DNA of 64,000 bases from a virus (Duplodnaviria > Heunggongvirae > Uroviricota > Caudoviricetes > Straboviridae): the IMG/VR virus record IMGVR_UViG_2974656882_000001, positions 1 to 64,000 of that record; one strand, given 5' to 3'. The position numbers and the translations under genes are program-made. Shown here in pieces: positions 9,316-17,662 of this stretch; positions within the stretch are counted from its first letter, which is position 1, and the number at the start of each line of letters is the position of its first letter. The notes under the pieces are model-generated. The model had not been told where the DNA came from. It searched no databases and was given only the letters and a program-made list of their open reading frames with translations.

Positions 9316-9845
9316 TCTTAGTTGAAGGTCCTGATAACGCTGGCAAAACTACATTAATTTCAAATTTAGAACGATTTACTCCTGCAGTTTTGATGCCATT
9401 TCCTAAACGCACAAGTGAAGGTCGCTTCACTTGTGTAACTCGCAACGAAGTTGCAATATTTGAAACGATGTTAAGATACATCGATGACGACACAACGTAT
9501 ATTCTTGATCGTGGTGGTTTAAGTAATATTGTATATGAAGGTGTACTTCGTGGTAAACCAACTCAAATTTTCAAAGATGACTTCAAAAGATTCATCAAAC
9601 AAAATGATGTTTTAGTAGTTGGTCTTACTCGTAACAAACTTAATGACAACTTTGCAGATGATTTGATTTCAATTAGTGAAGAACAATTTAATGCGATTGT
9701 TGACGAGTTTGAAGATGTGTATAATGAATTTGGAATAACTCCTTATCGAATCCTTGACCATGATGTGTACAACAACATCAATGATATTGTTCCATTTGAA
9801 AAAGTAATGGAAGACTTAAAAATTGAAGAATTTATTGGACCTTAA
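9303..9845 (+). CDS. P-loop kinase-like protein (180 aa), possible (d)NMP or sugar kinase
   Basis: Walker A LVEGPDNAGKTTLISN at the N-terminus. Confidence 0.45.
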   Translation: MAKLILVEGPDNAGKTTLISNLERFTPAVLMPFPKRTSEGRFTCVTRNEVAIFETMLRYIDDDTTYILDRGGLSNIVYEGVLRGKPTQIFKDDFKRFIKQNDVLVVGLTRNKLNDNFADDLISISEEQFNAIVDEFEDVYNEFGITPYRILDHDVYNNINDIVPFEKVMEDLKIEEFIGP

Positions 9846-9846
9846 T

Positions 9847-10968
9847 ATGAAAATTTTATACTTACCTTGTCGTTCTGTGCCATTTAACATTAACCGTGTT
9901 GATGGTGGCCTTGAAGCAGTTCAATATAATTTTATTGTGAATTTATCTAAAGTTCATGATATCGATTATGTTGCATTTGGAGATGAAGAATTTGGTGATG
10001 TTAAAGTCAACACATTATCAATTGATAAACCTATTGGTGCCAAGTTTACTACTGCTCATGCATACAAAATCAAATATAAACTTCAGGAAATTACAGACTG
10101 GGACCAGTATGATGCCATTGTAATTATCGAAGGTAGCAAAATGGTACTTAACACCCTTGCAGAATTAGGACAGATTTCTAAAGTTCGAAATATTCTTGCA
10201 ACACCACTCGATCCATCAGTACGTGGAATTGTACAATGCTGGAACAACGCAGTAATGGTCCATAAATTAGGTGGTAAAAATATTGTCCCAACTCAAACCT
10301 TTAAAGACTTAGCTGCAAATGTTTATTCAAAAATGAATGAACGAATTGCTGCAGAAGTTATTGATTTTGATTACTGGCAAGCTAATGATATTATTGCGGA
10401 TGAATTTTATCCACCTATTCTTATTAGCGAACGCCCAACAGTTCTTGAATCTGAAGGACACATTGTTCAAGCCCAACGATTTGATAATACGTTTAGAAAA
10501 TCAAACGTTGCATTCGGTGCAATGGAATTATACGATGGCCCTAAGATTGCCTTTTGTCCTTCTAAATGGGCTCCGGGTAAGAAATGGCTCAAACAAGACC
10601 ATTGGGTAATTATTGATGCAAAACGTCAAGCTGTTCAAACTGAAATTTCGACAGCAAAACTTCTTGTTAATACTTGTCACAACACTGGCACAGTAGAGAA
10701 TGGCTCACTTGAGGCAATCTCACAAGGCACGCCAGTACTTCAACTAATTCAAAAAGGATACAACCATGCTACATTTGAGTACGACCCTAATACTGTTCGA
10801 GTTGAATTTGAAGAAGGCGCAAGCACTCAAGAACTAATCGAGTTATATGCCAAGGCATTAAATGATTTTGAAGATACATATGAGCAACGAGTTGCAAGAG
10901 CAGAATATCTTTATAAGAAATTTAATGAAGAAGCGTACTTTAAGCTCTGGGAAGCTGTTTTAAAATAA
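9847..10968 (+). CDS. GT-B fold glycosyltransferase (GT4-like); paralog of 11028-12146
   Basis: N-terminus MKILYLPC...GGLE; C-terminus TGTVENGSLEAISQGTPVL (E-X7-E-like GT-B motif); ~45% identity to the next ORF along the whole length; start moved to the internal ATG that matches the paralog. Confidence 0.55.
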   Translation: MKILYLPCRSVPFNINRVDGGLEAVQYNFIVNLSKVHDIDYVAFGDEEFGDVKVNTLSIDKPIGAKFTTAHAYKIKYKLQEITDWDQYDAIVIIEGSKMVLNTLAELGQISKVRNILATPLDPSVRGIVQCWNNAVMVHKLGGKNIVPTQTFKDLAANVYSKMNERIAAEVIDFDYWQANDIIADEFYPPILISERPTVLESEGHIVQAQRFDNTFRKSNVAFGAMELYDGPKIAFCPSKWAPGKKWLKQDHWVIIDAKRQAVQTEISTAKLLVNTCHNTGTVENGSLEAISQGTPVLQLIQKGYNHATFEYDPNTVRVEFEEGASTQELIELYAKALNDFEDTYEQRVARAEYLYKKFNEEAYFKLWEAVLK

Positions 10969-10978
10969 TTCTGAAAAT

Positions 10979-10994
10979 GGAGCCTTCGGGCTCC
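10979..10994 (+). promoter_or_regulatory. UUCG-tetraloop hairpin (ggagcc-ttcg-ggctcc)
   Basis: perfect 6-bp stem with UUCG loop between the paralogous GT genes. Confidence 0.6.
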
Positions 10995-11027
10995 ATAAAT
11001 ACTACTACACTTTCTTTGAGATGAAAC

Positions 11028-12146
11028 ATGAAAATCTTATACATTCCATGTCGATTTATTACTTTTAATGCCAACTATATTTCAGGTGGCCTTGAATCGG
11101 TCCAATTGAACTTTATCAAAACGATGAGCAAGAAGCATCAAATTGATTATATTGCATTTGGCGATGAAACATTTGGACCTTACAAAGTAAACCCAATCTC
11201 TATTGACTATCCGATTGTTGACAAATATACGGTAAAACATGGCAAAAAGATCATTGAAAAAATTGCAGAACTTGATTGCTCCCAATACGATGCTATCGTA
11301 ACTGTAGAGGCAGCAAAAGGTGTTATCAATGGTTTAATTAAACTAGGGCTTGGACCAAAGATTCGAAATTTATTGGCTACTCCACTTGACCCTACAATTC
11401 GCACACTTGTTTCTATTTGGCGCACTGCGGTATTCATTCACCAGAATGGCGGTAAAAATTTAGTTCCTACTCAAACCTTTAAAGATTTGACATCTAAAGT
11501 TTATTCAAAAATGAACAGACGTTTAGCGGTAGGTGCCATTGATTTTGATTATTGGGCTAAGAATGACATCATCTCTGATAATTTCTTTCCAGCTACGTTA
11601 ATCGAGAATCCGCCAGAAGTTTTGCCATCAAAGGGATATGTAGTACAAGCTCAACGGTATGACTTAAAATTTAGAAAGACAAATGTAGCATTAGAAGCAA
11701 TGAAACATTGTCCACATAAAATTATTGCATTCTTGCCAAGACAGTGGGCACCTCCAAAGAAATATCTTAAAGAGCCTTTTGTGCATATGGATATACCTCG
11801 TAAAGCAATCCAAGATACAATTAAAGAAGCACTAGTTCTTGTAAATACTTGTCATGATACCGGTACTATTGAACATGGCTCAATGGAAGCGATTGAAAAG
11901 GGTGTTCCAGTATTACAACTTATTCAACGAGGCTATAGTCATGCCACGTTAGAACATGATCCAACTACACAAGTTGTATGGATCGATGATGGTATGACAA
12001 CTGAGGAAATTATTGCAGCTTATTCTGATGCGTTAAATAATTTCACCGATACATTTGAACAACGAGTAAATCGTGCAAATGCATTATACGAACAATACCG
12101 CCCTGAACGTGTATTTGCACTATGGGAAAAGGCACTTCTGGAGTAA
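11028..12146 (+). CDS. GT-B fold glycosyltransferase, tandem paralog
   Basis: MKILYIPC...GGLE; TGTIEHGSMEAIEKGVPVL. Confidence 0.55.
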   Translation: MKILYIPCRFITFNANYISGGLESVQLNFIKTMSKKHQIDYIAFGDETFGPYKVNPISIDYPIVDKYTVKHGKKIIEKIAELDCSQYDAIVTVEAAKGVINGLIKLGLGPKIRNLLATPLDPTIRTLVSIWRTAVFIHQNGGKNLVPTQTFKDLTSKVYSKMNRRLAVGAIDFDYWAKNDIISDNFFPATLIENPPEVLPSKGYVVQAQRYDLKFRKTNVALEAMKHCPHKIIAFLPRQWAPPKKYLKEPFVHMDIPRKAIQDTIKEALVLVNTCHDTGTIEHGSMEAIEKGVPVLQLIQRGYSHATLEHDPTTQVVWIDDGMTTEEIIAAYSDALNNFTDTFEQRVNRANALYEQYRPERVFALWEKALLE

Positions 12147-12148
12147 AT

Positions 12149-12460
12149 ATGTCCACTAACGATGAAGATCTTAATACAGCTAATGACAGCAGAGGCCCAT
12201 CCGGAGCACTATACGAAAAGTCTTTAGGTATCATTAGAGAGGCAATGAAAGATGTCAAACAAGAAATCTTGATTAAGCTTGAAGACGGATCAGACCATAT
12301 TGTGTATATCCATGATATTACAATAAATGCTAATAGTGTTTCATATGATTTTTCTACGCCAAGCGAAGACAGAAAGGATGAATTAACAAAGCATGTAGAG
12401 TATATCATTCAATTGCAAATGGCTGACATTAAAAGTAAAAAGAAAATGTTTACATATTAA
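12149..12460 (+). CDS. hypothetical protein (103 aa)
   Basis: SD GGAG then ATG immediately after the GT stop. Confidence 0.4.
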   Translation: MSTNDEDLNTANDSRGPSGALYEKSLGIIREAMKDVKQEILIKLEDGSDHIVYIHDITINANSVSYDFSTPSEDRKDELTKHVEYIIQLQMADIKSKKKMFTY

Positions 12461-12465
12461 GCAAT

Positions 12466-12479
12466 GGTCCTTCGGGACC
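12466..12479 (+). promoter_or_regulatory. UUCG hairpin (ggtcc-ttcg-ggacc) followed by TGGTATATAAT (-10-like) upstream of gene 41
   Basis: read directly. Confidence 0.55.
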
Positions 12480-12520
12480 ATCTTGGTATATAATTATTCT
12501 AATTGAATAAGGGTGACTAT

Positions 12521-14017
12521 ATGATAGACGTTATTTTAGGCCAATTGATTTCTAATCAAGAATATTTTGGCAGAGTATGGCCATACCTCAAAGAAGACTA
12601 TTTTGAGAAAGGTCCTGCACGAATTCTTTATAATTCAATTAAGTCTCATGTTGACGCATACAATGGAATCCCATCAAAGGTCGCATTAGATTTAGTTGTA
12701 AACAACTCAAATTTAAATGAAGTTGATTTTAAAGGCGTGTCAACACTTTTAGGAAATCTTAAAACTGAACCTGAATCTGTAGATTGGCTTGTCCCAGAAA
12801 CTGAAAAATACGTGCAACGACGTGCAATGTACAATGCAACTGTAAAAATTGTACAAATTCAGACGAATGCAGATAAACCATTAAATCAACGAGACAAGCG
12901 TTTGCCTGATGTCGGTGCTATTCCGGATATCATGCGAGATGCATTATCAGTTTGTTTCGATTCTTCTATCGGGCATTCATGGATGGAAGACTATGAAGCT
13001 CGATGGTTGTCTTACCAAAATAAAACACGTAAAATCCCGTTTAAGCTCAATATGCTAAATAAAATTACAAAGGGTGGTGTAGAAATTGGCACATTGAATA
13101 TTATTTTAGCTGGTGTAAACGTTGGTAAATCTTTAGGATTGTGTTCGCTTACTGCAGACTATTTACAATCTGGTAAAAATGTTTTGTACATCTCAATGGA
13201 GATGGCAGAAGAAGTTGTGGCAAAGCGTATTGATGCAAACTTACTTGATGTCACAATGGATGACATTGACGATGGTAAAATCAGTTACCCTGAATACAAA
13301 TCTAAGATGGAACGTTGGAGAAAGGCAAATGTTCTTGGAGAGTTGTACATCAAACAATATCCTATTGGAGGTGCTCATGCATTAACATTCAAGGCGTTAT
13401 TAAACGAATTGAAGTTGAAGAAAGCCTTCAAGCCTGATATTATTGTTGTAGATTATCTTGGCATCTGTGCATCATCTCGAATTAAAGTGTTTAGTGAAAA
13501 CTCATACACACTTGTTAAAGCTATTGCAGAAGAACTTCGAGCACTGGCTGTTGAAGAACGAGTACCTATTTGGACCGCAGCTCAGACCACTCGTGGTGGC
13601 TGGGATAACTCTGATATCACTATGAGTGATATCGCAGAATCTGCCGGCCTAAGTCATACTGCCGACTTTATCTTGGCTGCGATCGAAACCGAAGATTTAG
13701 CTACCCAAGGCGTCCAGTTAATGAAACAAATTAAATCACGTTATGGGGATAAGTCAATATTCAATAAATTTAATTTGTGTGTCAAGAAAGGTAATCAACG
13801 CTGGTATGAAGAAGATGGTCCTAGTGCACCAGTTATTCCAGAATCTCAAATGACCGACGAGATAATTATCAAAGCATGTGTTGCCGCTAAAGAAACTATT
13901 CCTGTTACTGAAGAATCTATTCAATTGTCAAATATCGAAGAGATGAATAAAGTACATCGTATTTCAAGTGCATCTCGAGCGGAATTAGATGATCTTGCAG
14001 CAAAACTAACCTTTTAA
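12521..14017 (+). CDS. 41: replicative DNA helicase (DnaB-like primase-helicase)
   Basis: Near-colinear identity to T4 gp41 (e.g. GVNVGKSLGLCSLTADYLQSGKNVLYISMEMAEEV; IAEELRALAVEERVPIWTAAQ). Start set at MIDVILGQL to match T4 MVEIILSHL. Confidence 0.92.
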   Translation: MIDVILGQLISNQEYFGRVWPYLKEDYFEKGPARILYNSIKSHVDAYNGIPSKVALDLVVNNSNLNEVDFKGVSTLLGNLKTEPESVDWLVPETEKYVQRRAMYNATVKIVQIQTNADKPLNQRDKRLPDVGAIPDIMRDALSVCFDSSIGHSWMEDYEARWLSYQNKTRKIPFKLNMLNKITKGGVEIGTLNIILAGVNVGKSLGLCSLTADYLQSGKNVLYISMEMAEEVVAKRIDANLLDVTMDDIDDGKISYPEYKSKMERWRKANVLGELYIKQYPIGGAHALTFKALLNELKLKKAFKPDIIVVDYLGICASSRIKVFSENSYTLVKAIAEELRALAVEERVPIWTAAQTTRGGWDNSDITMSDIAESAGLSHTADFILAAIETEDLATQGVQLMKQIKSRYGDKSIFNKFNLCVKKGNQRWYEEDGPSAPVIPESQMTDEIIIKACVAAKETIPVTEESIQLSNIEEMNKVHRISSASRAELDDLAAKLTF

Positions 14018-14018
14018 T

Positions 14019-14046
14019 TTTACTTTATGGTAGAACTGTGATATAA
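14019..14046 (+). promoter_or_regulatory. PeSL hairpin promoter ggtagaac-tgtgaTATAATg-gttctacc (-10 inside the loop). The 3' arm plus -10 is identical to the first 17 nt of the window.
   Basis: read directly; coordinates approximate. Confidence 0.6.
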
Positions 14047-14073
14047 TGGTTCTACCTATTACGGAGAAATGAA

Positions 14074-14256
14074 ATGAGCAATAACGAAGATAAAAAATTG
14101 CGCAAGCTAGTCCAAAATATTCGTGACGCAATCCATGAAGCCGAAGCTTTTGCGGATAAACATGAATTAGATTTTTACATTCAGCCTGCATATGGCATGG
14201 GTGGTACGTATGACGGTGAAACCGGCGAATGGCGTCCAAGTTCGCAGAATTGTTAA
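14074..14256 (+). CDS. small hypothetical protein (60 aa); paralog of the next ORF
   Basis: shared ...E(R/H)LDF(Y/S)IQ(P/S)..G.GG... core. Confidence 0.35.
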   Translation: MSNNEDKKLRKLVQNIRDAIHEAEAFADKHELDFYIQPAYGMGGTYDGETGEWRPSSQNC

Positions 14257-14268
14257 GGAAGAAATACC

Positions 14269-14460
14269 ATGGCGATAACGGATAATGTACGTGCTCAACG
14301 CTACTTAAACGACTTAGTCTCAAGTATCCAAGAGCTTGTTGAAGAGGCTGAACGTCTTTCAATTGAAGAACGACTAGATTTTTCGATCCAGTCTCCAAAC
14401 GGCTTTGGAGTTATTGAACAAGTTTGGCACAACTCAAATTGGTCTAATTCAGAGGCTTAA
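14269..14460 (+). CDS. small hypothetical protein (63 aa), tandem paralog
   Basis: as above. Confidence 0.35.
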   Translation: MAITDNVRAQRYLNDLVSSIQELVEEAERLSIEERLDFSIQSPNGFGVIEQVWHNSNWSNSEA

Positions 14461-14461
14461 C

Positions 14462-14776
14462 ATGTATTATGATTTTTATGACACACCTAGTGATGATCGT
14501 GCAATATTTGCAAATAGTATTTTCAAATACATTTACCAAAAATACAACGGTAACTTCAAAAGTGTTGCTTTCCAAATTGAAGCAAAGCAAATGGACATGT
14601 ATTTGACCGAATACTGCAGAAACATTTATGAAGTCATTGACAACCAAATCCCTATGATGTCATGGGTAAACTACCTTGAAAATGGGTATGACGCAACAAT
14701 GTTTGATGAAGGTGAAATGACAGAAGAAAGGTGGTTAGATCGAATTTATACGGCATGTAAAAAATACTATAAATAA
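14462..14776 (+). CDS. hypothetical protein (104 aa; start at MYYDFYD)
   Basis: SD-like cagagg upstream; the track's upstream extension overlaps the previous gene. Confidence 0.4.
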   Translation: MYYDFYDTPSDDRAIFANSIFKYIYQKYNGNFKSVAFQIEAKQMDMYLTEYCRNIYEVIDNQIPMMSWVNYLENGYDATMFDEGEMTEERWLDRIYTACKKYYK

Positions 14777-14845
14777 TTTATTCATATCTATGGATAATAT
14801 GATATAATACAAGTAAATACCTTACACATTTTAACGAGTATCATT

Positions 14846-15382
14846 ATGAACTTTAAAACACTATACGAAGCTGCAGGAACTCAACTTACTGTAATTAAAA
14901 AGGATCGCGATTTCATGTACACTGAACCATCAGGCAACGAAATCGCAGTACATGTTGCAGCATATGCTTTACGCCCTGGTTATGCAGTAGGAAGCCATTT
15001 TAATCTTACCTTAATTATTGCACCAGCTAAAAATCAATTCGGCTTTGGCAAAACACTTAAAGACGCGGTAAATTTTGAGATTAAAGGCTGGTTAGCAACA
15101 CTTGATAAATCCAGCACAGGGTATCATCCTTTAAATGCTGCAATTGTTAATAAAATTTTGCATGGCGCACATGTTGCAATCTCGCCAAGCGACCGAAAGA
15201 AAGCCTATTTTATTTCTGAAGATGATTTAGAGCGCATTTCGGATAAAGCAAATGGCGACCCTAAAAAATTAAACATTAAAGATGAAACCAATATGAATGT
15301 GCGTGGTACAGTATCAGAAATGTTAAAAAATCCTAAAGTAGTATCAATTATTGAAAAAATGATTAGCGCTGCAGAAGATTAA
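14846..15382 (+). CDS. hypothetical protein (178 aa)
   Basis: own promoter (ggataatatgaTATAAT) upstream. Confidence 0.45.
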   Translation: MNFKTLYEAAGTQLTVIKKDRDFMYTEPSGNEIAVHVAAYALRPGYAVGSHFNLTLIIAPAKNQFGFGKTLKDAVNFEIKGWLATLDKSSTGYHPLNAAIVNKILHGAHVAISPSDRKKAYFISEDDLERISDKANGDPKKLNIKDETNMNVRGTVSEMLKNPKVVSIIEKMISAAED

Positions 15383-15410
15383 ATTGTAAAAAATGATGTA
15401 CATCTTAGGT

Positions 15411-15435
15411 TATTTTGTTTAAAATAAACCTAAGA
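15411..15435 (+). promoter_or_regulatory. stem-loop atcttaggtt / aacctaagat with 15-nt loop; no T-tract
   Basis: 10-bp perfect inverted repeat between genes; possible processing or stability element rather than a terminator. Confidence 0.4.
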
Positions 15436-15454
15436 TCACATAGAGGAAATTATT

Positions 15455-15631
15455 ATGAAAGCTAAAGACATTGAATCAGTTATTGAAGCAAGAAAATCAA
15501 TAAAACGAGTTGTTGCTTCTATTCGAGACGATTTGAATGCTAGTAAGACTGATGTCCAAATCTCGTTTGAACTTAATCAAATGCAACTTCGCATCAAACA
15601 ACTTATGAACAGTTTAGGTAAACTACAATGA
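15455..15631 (+). CDS. small hypothetical protein (58 aa)
   Basis: SD GAGGAAA; stop overlaps next ATG; below the 60-aa ORF-track cutoff. Confidence 0.3.
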   Translation: MKAKDIESVIEARKSIKRVVASIRDDLNASKTDVQISFELNQMQLRIKQLMNSLGKLQ

Positions 15632-16611
15632 TTCCTTTAATTATTGGCTCATATGCTTTAGCTAAGCAACTTGATTGGCTTAATATTCCACATAACCTTA
15701 ATCCTAAAGATATTGACATTATTTGTGCGACAAAGAAAGATGCAGATGATGTTATTCGATACCTCAAAGAGGACTCATCCGAGTGTAAGTTGGTATTCAA
15801 TGCTGCTTCACCAAAGTTCAAAACGTATACTCGAGCATACAAATGTGATGGCGTCATTTTTGAAATTACTCACGCAGAAACGGTCGATTGTACAACATAT
15901 GAACTTGCATTTCACGCAGCTGGAGATATACTGCCAACCGTTGTTGTCAATGGTATCAATTTTAAAGTTGCATCTATTGATATGTTGTATTCATTAAAGT
16001 GGTCTCATCGATTTCTTAAAGATAGTCCTCACTTTTTGAAGACTATGCGTACCATTCGTAATCTTCGTTCGCCTGCAGTAGGAGCAAACCCATGGGATAC
16101 TGGATGGATTGAACGACGAATAGCGGAAACATATAATTACGACCATGTCAAATTAAATGTCAAGAAAAATGAATTCTTTAATTCAAATTTCAATTATGTA
16201 TATGACCATGACTCTATTCATGAAGCAGTCAAGTTAATGGAAAAACCTGCATACACATATTATATGGCAACTGATGCAGAAGTTGAGTGTTCTAGAGAAA
16301 AATTCTTTGCATGTGAACAATATATTCGTTTACTCGGAGTTTTAGAAGAGACATATGTTTTGGCTTTAGAACGCTCTCAAATTCCTAATGATTTTAAGGT
16401 TGATCCATATAAAAGCTTCTTGATGGCATTAGAAAAGGTTTGTACATCTATTACTAGTGGTTGGTTTAGAGCTTTTGCATGGGAGAACTATGAAATAATT
16501 GTACGTATGTATGATGCAGCATATGTAGATAAGTTTAAATATGCATTAAGAACCGGCAAAATTGAGCCATACTCACCTAACATCGGAGAAACACATGAGA
16601 ACATTAGCTAG
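15628..16611 (+). CDS. putative Pol-beta-superfamily nucleotidyltransferase-like protein (327 aa)
   Basis: LIIGSYALAKQLDWLNIPHNLNPKDIDIIC resembles the hG[GS]...DhDh NTase signature, though the GS-to-DxD spacing is unusually long. Confidence 0.35.
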   Translation: MIPLIIGSYALAKQLDWLNIPHNLNPKDIDIICATKKDADDVIRYLKEDSSECKLVFNAASPKFKTYTRAYKCDGVIFEITHAETVDCTTYELAFHAAGDILPTVVVNGINFKVASIDMLYSLKWSHRFLKDSPHFLKTMRTIRNLRSPAVGANPWDTGWIERRIAETYNYDHVKLNVKKNEFFNSNFNYVYDHDSIHEAVKLMEKPAYTYYMATDAEVECSREKFFACEQYIRLLGVLEETYVLALERSQIPNDFKVDPYKSFLMALEKVCTSITSGWFRAFAWENYEIIVRMYDAAYVDKFKYALRTGKIEPYSPNIGETHENIS

Positions 16612-16750
16612 TTTACTTGCTTTTGCAATTTACATCACTGGTATTGTCCTTGCAAAAGGCTTCTGGTGGACTTTCGGTGCAATCGTATTACCGCCTATTT
16701 CATGGTACATTGCAATTGAACATTTTGTTCGCCACTTTAATTTGTTATAA
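16595..16750 (+). CDS. small membrane protein (51 aa)
   Basis: SD GGAGAAA; TM segment. Confidence 0.3.
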   Translation: MRTLASLLAFAIYITGIVLAKGFWWTFGAIVLPPISWYIAIEHFVRHFNLL

Positions 16751-16755
16751 AAATA

Positions 16756-16795
16756 AAAGGAAATCAGTTTACTCTGATTTCCTTTTGTGGTATAA
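16756..16795 (+). terminator. rho-independent-type hairpin (aaaaggaaatcag / ctgatttcctttt) abutting TGTGGTATAAT extended -10: PeSL cassette
   Basis: read directly. Confidence 0.6.
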
Positions 16796-16827
16796 TTATT
16801 CTACCAAAATCAATTGAGTAAATTATT

Positions 16828-17151
16828 ATGCAAAAATATATCCTTAAAAATGGCAAATACAGATTAACTACAATTAAATTTGGACGCACACTCCATGAAA
16901 AACTTTTAGACATTGAGCCAGGTAAATATCGCATTGCTATGTGTAATGTGGCTACTAATTTGGAAGTTGAACGCCAACACAATTGTATTATTTTTATTTT
17001 AGGAGAATTCAAATATTACTTTGATCTCGACGGTGAATTTTCAATGTTGCTCAAAGGCAACACTCGCCTAAATGAAAACTTTGATGAAAACAATAAGGTT
17101 GTAGAATATCTCATGGAATTTTTACAAACACCACAACTTGAACGCATTTGA
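16828..17151 (+). CDS. hypothetical protein (107 aa)
   Basis: ORF with promoter cassette upstream. Confidence 0.4.
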   Translation: MQKYILKNGKYRLTTIKFGRTLHEKLLDIEPGKYRIAMCNVATNLEVERQHNCIIFILGEFKYYFDLDGEFSMLLKGNTRLNENFDENNKVVEYLMEFLQTPQLERI

Positions 17152-17222
17152 CAATTTAAGTTTACATGTGCTATTATTTGTTTTATAATAGCACTATCAA
17201 ATAATTTATTGGAAGTATCAAA

Positions 17223-17540
17223 ATGGTTAATTTGTTTCCTGAACCGCAAAAGGTATTTTACCATGGTAGTTGTACTGCCGCAGGAATCAAATCAATGTTA
17301 CTTCCACCTGAAGCTTCAGGAACACTGTCAGAAAAAGGACGCAATAAAAATCTAGATCGAGTTTTCTTTACTGAAGATCTTGGACTCGCAAAGGTTTACG
17401 CAGGTAGAGCTGCGAATTCAATAGGCGGAGAACCTGTTTTATTCCGAGTAGTTGCGCCGGTTGACGTTGTTTGTATGAATGACACTAAAGGAGCTTCAGT
17501 TTATCATGCAGCTTGGGCATTTGTAGAGCAAATACAATGA
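17223..17540 (+). CDS. small protein with PARP-like (H-Y-E class) ADP-ribosyltransferase donor-site motifs (105 aa)
   Basis: VFYHGSCTAAGIKSMLLPPEASG...FFTEDLGLAKVYAGRA parallels the PARP1 [24 protein letters not shown]...YFADMVSKSANY segment (HGS, GI, aromatic-acidic, Tyr); too short for a full ART domain. Confidence 0.3.
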   Translation: MVNLFPEPQKVFYHGSCTAAGIKSMLLPPEASGTLSEKGRNKNLDRVFFTEDLGLAKVYAGRAANSIGGEPVLFRVVAPVDVVCMNDTKGASVYHAAWAFVEQIQ

Positions 17541-17653
17541 AAGAATTTTTCAAACGTGATGAGTACGGCAACATTGGTCCAGAGTGGTTCCGCTGGGTTG
17601 TAACAATTGCCGCATTCTCAACGATTCCATTTTTAATCATATTATTAAAGTGA
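17537..17653 (+). CDS. micro membrane protein (38 aa)
   Basis: ATGA overlap with upstream stop; hydrophobic C-terminal half. Confidence 0.25.
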   Translation: MKEFFKRDEYGNIGPEWFRWVVTIAAFSTIPFLIILLK

Positions 17654-17662
17654 GTAAATTAA

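Noticed and set aside
12043-12408. Minus-strand ORFs of 60-190 aa inside the + strand early region (e.g. 12043-12408, 17659-18240, 26827-27234, 22084-22458)
   Set aside because: They lie entirely within well-supported + strand genes (GT paralog, 341-aa ORF, primase), lack promoters or SD sequences, and are the typical antisense shadows of AT-rich coding sequence.
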